Source: a virus. Taken from it: a stretch of DNA of 64,000 bases. The notes under the pieces were generated by a model. It searched no databases and was not told the DNA's origin. It was given only the letters and a program-made list of their open reading frames with translations. The translations under genes were made by a program, and so were the position numbers. The stretch spans positions 67,303-131,302 of the IMG/VR virus record IMGVR_UViG_3300035670_000038. One strand, 5' to 3'. Positions 43,381 through 53,429 of this stretch are shown here, piece after piece (the first letter of the stretch is position 1; each line of letters starts with the position of its first letter).

Positions 43381-46300
43381 TCACTATTTACTATAGTAGT
43401 ACTTGACAAAAGTTTAACCGAGAGTTAAGATGAACAAGTTAGAAAAATTTGTTGTACCCGTAAATGTAATTGTTTATGGTGAAGATGCGGATGATGCAAT
43501 AACTTATGTAGAAGAAGCATTGGATAGTAGTTCCTTTATCACAGAAGATGGTCTAATTGGTGCCGAAGTAATGGCAGATGATGTAGAACTTTTTGAAGAG
43601 GATTACGACGATGATGATGATGCAGACTATGAGAACGAAGATTAATTGGGGTAATGTTAAGTTTTGGATGTTACTAATCGGTATTATTGGATTTACCGTT
43701 TGGAGTATAAACGTTGATGTTACAACAAATGAAGAGTATAAACAAGTAGCATGTCCTTCATTACTTAGTATCGCACGTTCTTCTCGTGATACACTTATTG
43801 TTATGAAGAATGTAGATGCTTGTAATGAATATATGATGGAAAACTTGAAATGAGGTTATTATGGACTCTACAGAATACGAGAAGCAAGGATTTTTTATAG
43901 GAGCTGGAGCCACTATTAAAACTTCTGGTTTACGAGTTGTGTTAGTGTCCAATCCAAAAACAGATGAAGTGGACGGACAAACTCGTGCATGGGTAGCTAT
44001 GGAGTTTGACACGCATGTTAGATATTTAGCTATATTGGATGATTTAAAACTAAACTAATAAGTTATATCAACAAATTACCTATTAGTAGTATGAAACAAA
44101 GTACCGCAACAGACGCATTGTGTATCACCGTATTTATTTTTGGTGTACTGGTTGGAACGTTTATGCATGGACACATTTCGTGGCATGACATAATTGCAGC
44201 CTTAACAGCAGGAAGTATATTTGGTATAATTAGAATGACCAAATTTAAACTACTTATTAGAAAGGTTTTGCGTAAATTTAGCAAGACACACTAATGCCAG
44301 AAATAAATATTTTTTCAACCGAGGCTGCAGCCGCAGGTGGTGCAGCGATAGTAGGTGGTATATTCTTTAAGTTGATTGAAAAACTATGGTTAAGTAAAAC
44401 CGTAGTTGATGAACACGCTGTTCTTCGCAAGGAATTACGTGAAGAGTTAGATGCGGTGAAGGATGAAATCGCGTCCCTTCGTGATGAAGTTGACGAATGG
44501 CGTGAAAAGTATTATAGTCAAGTAGAAACAACCAATGAGTTGTTGTTCGAAGTCAGTGTATTAAAAACTCGTCTACGTAAGTACGAATCCGATTCGGGCG
44601 AGTTTAATCAAGATGATTTCTAGTATAATATATACCGTTACGGTAATTGACCTTCGTAACTTACTTCCTTTGGGAATACGAAGAACACCGCTAATTTGTA
44701 CTGATTTAGAAGATGCTATATACGCGGTAAAAAATAATTTACGAGATTTGGCGGATGGATCGTCATATCAATATGCAGTAATTGAACGTAATGTTTTAAA
44801 TGAAGTTCGTCCCAATCTTGAACACGATAGTATGAGATTGTGGTATAAATACAATTCTGTGATTGATGAGTTTGAATCGTGTGAGGCACCTGCTGCACTA
44901 CGTAATCAAACAGGATTCGGAATTGGTTAACTAAGAGGTGAATGTGCAAAATTTTATAATTGGTTTATTGGCAGGTGGCTTTTTAGTTGGAACAATAGCA
45001 GTGGTAGTAATGATGGCAAAAGCTATATCAATATTAGCAGAGACATTAACTATCATCAAAACCATCTATATTGAAGGAAACAAAACACAACAGATGGTAC
45101 AAGCGACAATGGAAGCTTCCGAAAATTTTGTGGACGCTTTAAACTCTGCTACATTAGAAATGGAAAAGCAGCAACAACAGCAACAGGGATTCTTTCAAGT
45201 ATTTAGAACCCAAGATGGTAAGCATGTCGCACCATCGTTTGAAAAGTTAATAGAAAAAATGAAAAACGATCCTGACTACAGTAAAATTACTGAGAAGGAT
45301 ATGGAAGAGCTTCGTCGTTTATTTGAGGAAAACTCAAACGATGATGAGGACGATAGTGATGAAGAACCTAAAGAACCCTGGAAAGGGGAGGACGAATGAT
45401 TCCATCTGATAAGGAAATCGCACGTTTGGTAAAGAAGTTGAGTGGAAAGCATCCACAGAAGCAACAGAAAATTAAAGTAGAAAAAGAAGAACACGATGAA
45501 GAAATTCGCCGTGCATCAGCAGACGATATTTTTCGTGAAATGAAGAAGCTGCCGTTTTCGGGCTGATAGTCACTACATATAATACAAATCCCGCATGAGC
45601 GCTCGTGCGGTCAATAATACATTTTAAGAACTGCATACTTAGTTTTTAAGGGGCTTTCTCCTGCCCATAGATGCAGTTGTAAAGAAAAGAAAAAGAAGCA
45701 AAAAGAAAAGAAAGAAAAACTAAAATAAAACATGAATAAAGAAAAAGCAAAAGAAAACATAAAGTCAGGATGGCATAGCCTGTTAGATAAGGTTTATGAC
45801 ATAGCAGACGTATTGCCTTTTGCTAAAATAGCAGATATTAAGTTAAGATATTCTATGCTGCAAATTATTTTCGAATCATCCCTTGACAAATCACAGCAGT
45901 ATGTATTAGATTCTATAGCGTATAAGATAGAAAGAGAATCAGCAAGAATATGTCAGGAATGTGGTAAGAGTGGTAACAGAAGAAAAGATATAGCTGAATC
46001 ACCCTGTCTATGTACAACGTGTTATGCAATACAGTATAACGAAATGATGGAGTCCGTGTCACCACAGGTGACGAATCAAGAACCTCAATAACGAGGTGTT
46101 TATGTTCTGGCAAGCAGAAGATGTACAACCAGCAGTAAAGGTAGTCACAGAAGTTTTTGGTCCCGTAGGTCGTATGGAAACAGGTAAAAATGTTCTGTAC
46201 AATGTTTCTATCTTCTCCAGGCAATATGGTAAGCTCTGGTATGGAGATTTGGTCAATGAAGGAATTTCCGAAAAGTTGACCACCCTCAGCACTAAGTTGG

Positions 46301-46525
46301 GAATGTCGTTGTCAGTAGTAGATGATAATTTTGAAACTGTCTCTACTAACTAAAAAATATTTAATACCCAACAATCTTTTTAAGGGTATTGACATTACTG
46401 ACAAGATGGTGTATCATTAATGAGTACTGAGTAAGACAGTTCCGAAGCCCACCCACTATCGCGGTGACGCTCGTACAAATATCGGATATCTTACAGAAGA
46501 AAACTTTTTTAAAGAGGTTACTTTT

Positions 46526-46846
46526 ATGGCAAAGCGCAACAGCACGACCCGTAACGATTTCTCGAAGAACCGTTACTTCAACACGACTGAGTTCGAGGCT
46601 ACCGCTCGTCGGATGACTTCGTACCTTCGTTCACTCTCCAACCGCCGTTCGTCTGGTGTTGTCACCGCTGACGATGTTCACGCGTACCTCACCCGTGAGG
46701 GCGTGCATCAGAAGCAGACCCGCACCCGTCTTTCGTTCATCAACGCTGTCCTCGCTGGCAGTGGTGAGTTCGAGCAGGATGGCATGGTTGCTTCGACCCG
46801 TCCTGAGGCTAAGGGTCGTTCCATCACCGCTTGGATGGCTGCGTAA
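46526..46846 (+). CDS. basic hypothetical protein, monocistronic, highly biased codons
   Basis: Promoter TTGACA(46389)-N17-TATCAT, GAGG RBS, downstream terminator. Confidence 0.6.
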   Translation: MAKRNSTTRNDFSKNRYFNTTEFEATARRMTSYLRSLSNRRSSGVVTADDVHAYLTREGVHQKQTRTRLSFINAVLAGSGEFEQDGMVASTRPEAKGRSITAWMAA

Positions 46847-46872
46847 TCTACGCTAAATCCAAAAAAACATTG

Positions 46873-46906
46873 ACGGGAGAGCTAAAAACTCTCCCGTTTT
46901 TGTTTT
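46873..46906 (+). terminator. intrinsic terminator
   Basis: ACGGGAGAG-CTAAAAA-CTCTCCCGT followed by a T-run. Confidence 0.85.
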
Positions 46907-47101
46907 TATACTAGATATGTATATTAGTAAGGTTATTCACAAGGAGTTAGGTTATGGCATCACAATTTCATGGTAATGAAGTATTTTTACGCTCACTATC
47001 CAGAGAGCAATTAGAATCTATTAAATTAGAAGCTGCAAGTTTATCTAGAGCACACGAAGCAGCATTAAAAGAACAATTAGAGAGATTGGGTATAAACTAA
47101 T

Positions 47102-48238
47102 ATGCGGTTGCATCTATTAGGTATTCCGCATACTCAAACTACTTACGAGTTTAGCCATTGTGCGTTTACTGGTAAGGTGAAACGGTTTGCTCCTATGATG
47201 CAATCCGTTGGATATGACGTTATTCATTATGGTGTAGAAGGAGCACACAGTGGTGCTACGTATGATGTAAATTTAATATCGTTTGATGAATGGACTGGTA
47301 TTCGTACAAAGTTATTTAAAGAAATTTATGGTGACCGTGATTCTATGCCATCAGACTTTATCGGTGACTTGGCAAATACTGGTAACGAATTATACCAAAC
47401 GTTTAATTCGAGATTGAAAATACAATTGGGTAGAAATCTTGATAAGCATGATATCATTTGTTTACCATTTGGATTTGCTCACGACACAGCAATCAAAGAC
47501 TTTCCGAATCCAAAAGTAGAAACTGGTATTGGCTATCCGAATTCATATCAAGATTTTAGAATATTCGAAAGTAACGCATGGTATCATTACGAAATTGGTC
47601 GTGAAGGAAGAAGTGGTCACGATTACCATTGGGTGATACCAAATTACTTCAAGGTCGATGATTGGGACTTTAATCCCACACCAGAAAACTATATAGCATA
47701 TTTTGGTAGACTTTCACACATCAAGGGTGTTAACATAGTAGCTGAGCTGGCAGAAGCTCGTCCAGATATCCAATTTAAGATTTGCGGTCAAGGTGACCCT
47801 AAACCGTTTTTGACATCTCCAAATATCGAATACGTTCCACCAATTCACGGACGGGAACGTTCGAAGTTTTTAAATAATGCTATGGCAGTAATTATGCCAA
47901 CACGATACGTAGAACCTTTCGGTGGTGTAACTGTAGAAGCAGAACTTTGTGGGACACCCGTACTAGGTTCATCGTTTGGTAGCTTTACTGAAACAATAGA
48001 ACACGGAAAAACAGGATATCAGTGTAGGACACTTGGTGACTACTTGGCAGGTATAGAACAAATAGAAAATGGTGCAATATCTCGTGAATATGTACGAGAA
48101 TTTGCAGTAGAACATTTTGATATGTACAAGTTAGCACATAAATACGATGCAGCGTTCAGACAGATAAATGATATATCAACTGATAAAGGATGGTATAGTA
48201 GACGGTCAGGAATAGGTCCGGTGACGAGGGCAAAATAG
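47102..48238 (+). CDS. GT4 (GT-B) glycosyltransferase
   Basis: YFGRLSHIKG, PTRYVEPFGGVTVEAELCGTPV, ETIEHGKTG. Confidence 0.88.
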   Translation: MRLHLLGIPHTQTTYEFSHCAFTGKVKRFAPMMQSVGYDVIHYGVEGAHSGATYDVNLISFDEWTGIRTKLFKEIYGDRDSMPSDFIGDLANTGNELYQTFNSRLKIQLGRNLDKHDIICLPFGFAHDTAIKDFPNPKVETGIGYPNSYQDFRIFESNAWYHYEIGREGRSGHDYHWVIPNYFKVDDWDFNPTPENYIAYFGRLSHIKGVNIVAELAEARPDIQFKICGQGDPKPFLTSPNIEYVPPIHGRERSKFLNNAMAVIMPTRYVEPFGGVTVEAELCGTPVLGSSFGSFTETIEHGKTGYQCRTLGDYLAGIEQIENGAISREYVREFAVEHFDMYKLAHKYDAAFRQINDISTDKGWYSRRSGIGPVTRAK

Positions 48239-48333
48239 TATAACACTATTAGTCAATAGTATATATTAAGACCGACTTGACAAATCAATTCGGTCTTTTT
48301 ATATTTAAGTGTAGATATTTATGGTAGTTATAC

Positions 48334-48672
48334 GGGCCTGTCATGGTTTCGACGGGATGTGGATGATTGAACGTTGTGCCTCGTTTGGTAATACGAGTAA
48401 AACAGACCAAAAAATCTAACTGGCACACAAGAATTTGCCCTCGCTGCTTAATGCAGCCTGACGATTTGACCTGACCCATATACGGTCACTTCGTTCATAA
48501 CATATGGTGTAGTATTGGAGAGGGGAGTTAGTATCCAATATCAAATTTACAAACTCTTGTCTACGTGGTTTCGCTGATTATTCAAAACGTAGAGACACCT
48601 TACAATCAGCTACGCACATAAACACTCAGTAGAAAGCAGACTCGGACGCGGGTTCGACTCCCGCCAGGTCCA
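48334..48672 (+). ncRNA. ssrA: tmRNA, tag peptide (A)GTQEFALAA
   Basis: Ala-type acceptor GGGCCTG/CAGGTCC-A with G3:U70; GGTTTCGAC 5' motif; T arm GCGGGTTCGACTCCCGC; tag ORF 48422-48451 after TAACT. Confidence 0.95.
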
Positions 48673-48995
48673 TAAAAATTGAAGGTTGTGTTAATAATTT
48701 ATAGGAGGTAGAGATGTATGTGTTCAAAATTATTAAACGCATCTTTGATTATGTATATTCTCCAATGTCAGTAGAAACTACCCAACTTTTACTAGAAGAA
48801 GCTGACATAATAATGAAGAACATCAAACTTGCAAAGACGTTGGCTGCGTTGTTAGAACAAAAAGCAATATTACAAAAGTTTCGTGGTGCAGTAAAATTAG
48901 CTGGTACACCACCTGAAGTAAAGAAGAAGTTGGTGTTTCTCGAAGCACAATGGAACCGCCAGTTTAGGATTTGGAAAACAAAAGGATAAGTTTGT

Positions 48996-49625
48996 ATGTT
49001 GATTAATTCCAAAATATCTGATGAAAAATACATTTGGTTGAGAATACCAAGAACTGCTTCAAAGACATACGGCAGAGTATTTTTTCCAGAAGGGAATTAT
49101 GAACACAGACATAACAATTATTATCACGAAACGTATACTTACGGTGAGTTACCCGCGTTTTCCGTTGTTCGGCATCCGTACACACGATTTGTATCGGCTA
49201 TAAAATTTATCAGTAAACAGCAACGACTAAACAGTAATAATAGTAAATTTAAATTTGTCTTTCCGTATCAAAATATTGAAGTTTTGTGTGAGTTTTTAAA
49301 TGAAAACATCTCTAAGTTACAAAATGTGTTTTCACAAGGTGTATTTGAAGAGGTATTTAAAACAGATGACGTTAGTTACATAAAAATGTTTTTTATTCCA
49401 CAACATCATTACGTAGGGTTTCCACCTGTAAAAATTTTTAGGTATGAAGCATTAGATGAATTTAATAAGTGGATTGAATCTACGTTGGGTTTTGATACTA
49501 GTAAAACAACGAAGCACAATAGCTCAGCGGATGAATTACCACACATAAACTTTGAGCATCCTGAATTTATAAGCATTACACAAAGGTTATTTGAAGAAGA
49601 TTACAAATTTTTTGGTTACGTTTAA
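48996..49625 (+). CDS. sulfotransferase family 2-like protein
   Basis: RIPRTASKT (5'-PSB-like), VRHPYTRFVS (3'-PB-like), FRYE, EDYKFFGY. Confidence 0.8.
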   Translation: MLINSKISDEKYIWLRIPRTASKTYGRVFFPEGNYEHRHNNYYHETYTYGELPAFSVVRHPYTRFVSAIKFISKQQRLNSNNSKFKFVFPYQNIEVLCEFLNENISKLQNVFSQGVFEEVFKTDDVSYIKMFFIPQHHYVGFPPVKIFRYEALDEFNKWIESTLGFDTSKTTKHNSSADELPHINFEHPEFISITQRLFEEDYKFFGYV

Positions 49626-49643
49626 CCTTAACTTGGAGGCACT

Positions 49644-50255
49644 ATGGACGAGAACAATTCCCATGAAGCGGAACCTATCGTTATTGGTATCCCACCAAAA
49701 CCAGGTGAAGAACACTTACCAGCAGAATTAAGAACATATGGTATCATGGAGTCCAATGGATACAAGATTCTTACTGGTATGGGTATGCATGGTGGTGGTG
49801 GTATCACATCAGAAGGATTCGACTGACCAATGTTGCGTAATTGGGTAGTCCAGTTTGGACACGCCCCGGGAATTCGCGCAGGAGATGAACGGCTTACACC
49901 AGATGAACGAGGAAAGTACATTGACCAAATCGGCCGTTTTTATGGATGGAACCCTCCGCCAACTATGAGTTGGGTGGTGGAGATTACCAAAGATTTACAC
50001 GGTAAACATCCTGGAAAGTATATCGCTTGTTTCATGCGCTACGTAACAGATGCGGAAGCTGACAAGCTTCTCGGTACACGTTATGATGAATATAGTCATC
50101 TTAATGCACAATACGAACATCTCGCAGCAGATAATGTTGGTGCAGGATGCAGTATTGAGCCAGCAGTTGAACCAGAAGTAGTAGAAGTTGTAAACACAAG
50201 TGAAGAATCATCTGCGACTACTGAAGATATCTTTAGTTTGTTAAACATTAAATAA
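49644..50255 (+). CDS. candidate selenoprotein (203 aa, Sec at codon 61, TGA 49824-49826)
   Basis: ORFs 49644-49826 and 49830-50255 are in the same frame, separated only by TGA-CCA; SECIS-like hairpin at 49834-49880; selA/selC/selD in the same genome. Confidence 0.8.
49834..49880 (+). promoter_or_regulatory. bacterial SECIS-like hairpin
   Basis: TGCG/CGCA, AATT/AATT, GGGT/GCCC and GTCC/GGAC stems; AGTTT apical loop 25 nt after the TGA. Confidence 0.72.
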
Positions 50256-50613
50256 CACACGAGGTTCGTATGTTAAAGAAAAAGGTTACGAAATACACGG
50301 GCGGTAAATTGAAAGCGATGGAACGTAAAACTCTTATTTGTAGAGAGTGTAATATTACATCAGTTACCGTTTCAAATGACATTGGTGCAGTAGTCTGTGC
50401 ATATTGTGTTCAGCGACAAGTTGCCCCACCAGAAAATATCAAACCAAAACCAGAAGGTGAGAAGTTTCCTCGTGGATGGCATTTTAAGCAACGGTATGTA
50501 CATACCGATGGCCGTGTGTTCTGTAAAGGTGTAGAAACTGGTGAGACAGATACACCAGAACCTAAAAAGAAAAAGGTTGTCAAGAAAAAGACACCAAAGA
50601 AAAAGGGGAAATA

Positions 50614-50949
50614 ATGTTAAATCTACCACCGAAACCATTTCCAGTAATACAAAAGTTTTTGCATGAAAATAAATTGACTGTTTACAAGTATCTTGTGAAA
50701 CAAGTACGGAAAGGTATTCGGGAGGATTTAGATAAGGTAGAGTTATTTCAAATCAATCCGATTCATAGCCATCAGAAGCACACAGCTGTGGTCAAACAGA
50801 AGGATTATGAACAAGTTTTACAAGATGCAATGCAGTATGCAATTAAAGAAGAGGATTATGAAACAGCTGCAAAAGCAAGAGACACTTTACAATTGTACAA
50901 AGATAAAAGTATAATTAAACTCTTAAACGATATAAAACCTCAGGAGTAA
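50614..50949 (+). CDS. UVR (UvrB/UvrC motif)-domain protein
   Basis: LQDAMQYAIKEEDYETAAKARD. Confidence 0.6.
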   Translation: MLNLPPKPFPVIQKFLHENKLTVYKYLVKQVRKGIREDLDKVELFQINPIHSHQKHTAVVKQKDYEQVLQDAMQYAIKEEDYETAAKARDTLQLYKDKSIIKLLNDIKPQE

Positions 50950-50954
50950 ATTTT

Positions 50955-51488
50955 ATGGCTATGGCGTTGGATTCAACTAAATGTGTTGTCCTAAATGCCA
51001 CGTATGAGCCCATAACAGTTGTGACCTCTAAGAGAGCACTTCTGTTATTTTTGGAAGGAAAAGCTATTATAGTAGAGGAACATCCAGAGTTGGTGGTGCG
51101 GTCACCAAAACAGACATTCCCAGTTCCGCTAATGATTGCATTAGTGCGATACATCAAGGGCCGCCGTGTGTTTAGAACACCAGCTTTACTGACACAAAAA
51201 AATCTATTCATCCGTGATGCGTATACGTGTCAATACTGTGGACGGCATAAGAGTGCATTCCGTTCAACTGAATTCTTGACTCGTGACCACGTACATCCTG
51301 TTGCAAAGGGTGGTAGAGATGTATGGGAAAATGTTGTGACTAGTTGTAGTACATGTAACAACAAAAAAGCAGATAAACTTTTGGAGTCAACTACAATGAC
51401 TCTGTTGAAAGTTCCTGTGGTTCCTACTATATTTGAACTATGGACAAAGCAACAAGCAAAATTATATAAATCTGTAATAGTTTCGTAA
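50955..51488 (+). CDS. HNH endonuclease (McrA-like)
   Basis: VLNATYEP, RDAYTCQYCG, TRDHVHPVAKGG, WENVVTSCSTCNNKK. Confidence 0.9.
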   Translation: MAMALDSTKCVVLNATYEPITVVTSKRALLLFLEGKAIIVEEHPELVVRSPKQTFPVPLMIALVRYIKGRRVFRTPALLTQKNLFIRDAYTCQYCGRHKSAFRSTEFLTRDHVHPVAKGGRDVWENVVTSCSTCNNKKADKLLESTTMTLLKVPVVPTIFELWTKQQAKLYKSVIVS

Positions 51489-51490
51489 AT

Positions 51491-52186
51491 ATGTTGATTA
51501 CATCAAAAACTGACTACAAAAAATGGTTATGGGTAAACGTTCCCAAAACTGCCTCAACAGCAGTTATGAGGACGTTTTTCCCTTCTATGGAAATAAATGA
51601 ACAAAATCATAACACCTATAGACACTTGATACACACGTATGGTGAATATGACGCGTTCACTACGATTAGAAACCCGATTACACGTTTTAAATCTGCGTTG
51701 AATCATACGTTGAGTGTATGTGCGTGTGGCAAATGCAAGATTATAGACAGACCTGTAGATAAAATGGATGTTATATACTTTCTCAGCGATATGCTAAAAT
51801 TAAAAAGTCAAAGAAAAGACTTCTTTAGAGCAGTATATATGAATGGAGAAAGTGATTACGAAATGAACGTAGCGAGTATTATGAGTAACAGGTTCTCAAA
51901 ATATATTGTACCAAACGGAATCATATGTTTACGAATTCCTGCTTACGTATCACAAACGTTTATATTAGAAGGACCGCAAGAAAAACTTCGTATATTCAAA
52001 TATGAAAACCTACAAGAATTGTCGGGATTCATTAAGAATACATTAGGATATGAAATGGATAATACTTTATATCGAAAATATCCTAATAAATTGGGGGTTG
52101 ACTTTTTAGACCCTACCCTGTTAGATTTAGTCCACGAGCTATATCGTGAAGATTTCACTAACTTTAACTATGGAAAACGGTTATGA
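51491..52186 (+). CDS. sulfotransferase family 2-like protein
   Basis: NVPKTASTA, IRNPITRFKS, FKYE, YREDF; paralog of 48996-49625. Confidence 0.8.
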   Translation: MLITSKTDYKKWLWVNVPKTASTAVMRTFFPSMEINEQNHNTYRHLIHTYGEYDAFTTIRNPITRFKSALNHTLSVCACGKCKIIDRPVDKMDVIYFLSDMLKLKSQRKDFFRAVYMNGESDYEMNVASIMSNRFSKYIVPNGIICLRIPAYVSQTFILEGPQEKLRIFKYENLQELSGFIKNTLGYEMDNTLYRKYPNKLGVDFLDPTLLDLVHELYREDFTNFNYGKRL

Positions 52187-52806
52187 TTGACTACGAAGAG
52201 AAGGCACAGAAGAACCTAGAGAAGTTCAATGCATATCTCGCAGAAGATCCACGTGTGGAAAAGCTTAATGCGATGTACGAGGTGTTTGGTGACCAACTTA
52301 TCACCGCACCTGCATCGGGTAAAGTACATTATCACAACGCATTTCCTGGTGGATATCTGGACCACGTAGTTCACGTTGCTGATGCTGCGATGAAGGTGGC
52401 TACTGCCTATAAAGCAATCGGTGGTGAGATTGACTTTACGAAGCAAGAAATGATTTTTGCCGCACTTCATCACGACCTTGGTAAGTTGGGTAGTGAATCT
52501 GGACCATATTATCTAGACCAAGACTCAGATTGGCACCGCAAACGTGGTGAGATGTATACGCACAACGAAAACATTCAGTATATGACTGTTACCGACCGTG
52601 CATTGTACCTCCTACAGAAGTTTGAGATTCCTGTTACGGAAAAGGAATGGTTGGCTATCAAGTTGTCTGACGGTATGTATGATGATAGTAACAAATCGTA
52701 TCTTAAGAGTTTTGGTAAGTACCCTATGAAAACAAATCTTCCTTATGTTGTTCATTGGGCTGACCATATGGCATGTACAGCAGAACGTGATGCTAGTATG
52801 TTCTAA
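52183..52806 (+). CDS. HD-domain phosphohydrolase (YhaM-like)
   Basis: APASGKVHYHNAFPGGYLDH, ALHHDLGK, HWAD. Confidence 0.85.
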   Translation: MIDYEEKAQKNLEKFNAYLAEDPRVEKLNAMYEVFGDQLITAPASGKVHYHNAFPGGYLDHVVHVADAAMKVATAYKAIGGEIDFTKQEMIFAALHHDLGKLGSESGPYYLDQDSDWHRKRGEMYTHNENIQYMTVTDRALYLLQKFEIPVTEKEWLAIKLSDGMYDDSNKSYLKSFGKYPMKTNLPYVVHWADHMACTAERDASMF

Positions 52807-52815
52807 GTAGTAGTT

Positions 52816-52898
52816 GCACTTGTGGCGGAATTGGCAGACGCGCACGCCTTAGGAGCGTGTTCCCAAGCGGAGTGTGGGTTCGACCCCCACCGAGTGCA
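52816..52898 (+). tRNA. tRNA-Leu(TAG)
   Basis: Cloverleaf; CACGC-CT TAG GA-GCGTG; long variable arm. Confidence 0.93.
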
Positions 52899-52903
52899 TA
52901 TAT

Positions 52904-52977
52904 GGTGACTGTAGCTCAGCTGGCAGAGCAGCGGATTGTGGTTCCGCGGGTCGCGGGTTCGAGCCCCGTCAGTCACC
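52904..52977 (+). tRNA. tRNA-His(GTG)
   Basis: G-1/C73; GCGGA-TT GTG GT-TCCGC. Confidence 0.93.
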
Positions 52978-53000
52978 CCTCACACCAACACGGAGTGTCT

Positions 53001-53195
53001 ATGAAACGAGTATATTTGAGTAGTGCAGATAATAAAATCGCCGGAGTATGTGGTGGATTTGCAGAAGCGTTACAAATTGACCCAACACTTATCAGACTAC
53101 TTTTCGTCGCAGCATTTCTTTCACCACTTCCCGCAGTAATCTTTTATCTCTTGTGTTGGATGGTCATACCAAGAGACCCTGGATATACAAAGTAA
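53001..53195 (+). CDS. PspC-domain membrane protein
   Basis: KIAGVCGGFAEALQIDPTLIRLLFV...YLLCWMVIP. Confidence 0.88.
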   Translation: MKRVYLSSADNKIAGVCGGFAEALQIDPTLIRLLFVAAFLSPLPAVIFYLLCWMVIPRDPGYTK

Positions 53196-53199
53196 TAAT

Positions 53200-53272
53200 G
53201 CTTACATAGCTCAGTCGGTAGAGCACCACTTTGGTAAAGTGGAGGTCACCAGTTCAATCCTGGTTGTAAGCT
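53200..53272 (+). tRNA. tRNA-Thr(GGT)
   Basis: CCACT-TT GGT AA-AGTGG; cloverleaf. Confidence 0.93.
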
Positions 53273-53275
53273 TAA

Positions 53276-53349
53276 GCCTCAATAGCTCAACTGGATAGAG
53301 CACCTGACTTCGGATCAGGGGGTTGTGGGTTCGAGTCCTTCTTGGGGCG
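53276..53349 (+). tRNA. tRNA-Arg(TCG)
   Basis: CCTGA-CT TCG GA-TCAGG. Confidence 0.92.
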
Positions 53350-53352
53350 TTT

Positions 53353-53426
53353 GCTCTTGTGGCGCAATTGGATAGCGCAGCTGATTTCTACTCAGCGGGT
53401 TGGGGGTTCGAGTCCCTCCAAGAGCG
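53353..53426 (+). tRNA. tRNA-Arg(TCT)
   Basis: GCTGA-TT TCT AC-TCAGC. Confidence 0.93.
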
Positions 53427-53429
53427 TAT

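Noticed and set aside
45570-45730. Possible small ncRNA (two hairpins followed by an A/G-rich tract)
   Set aside because: Could simply be terminators or a leader; there is too little structure to support a claim.
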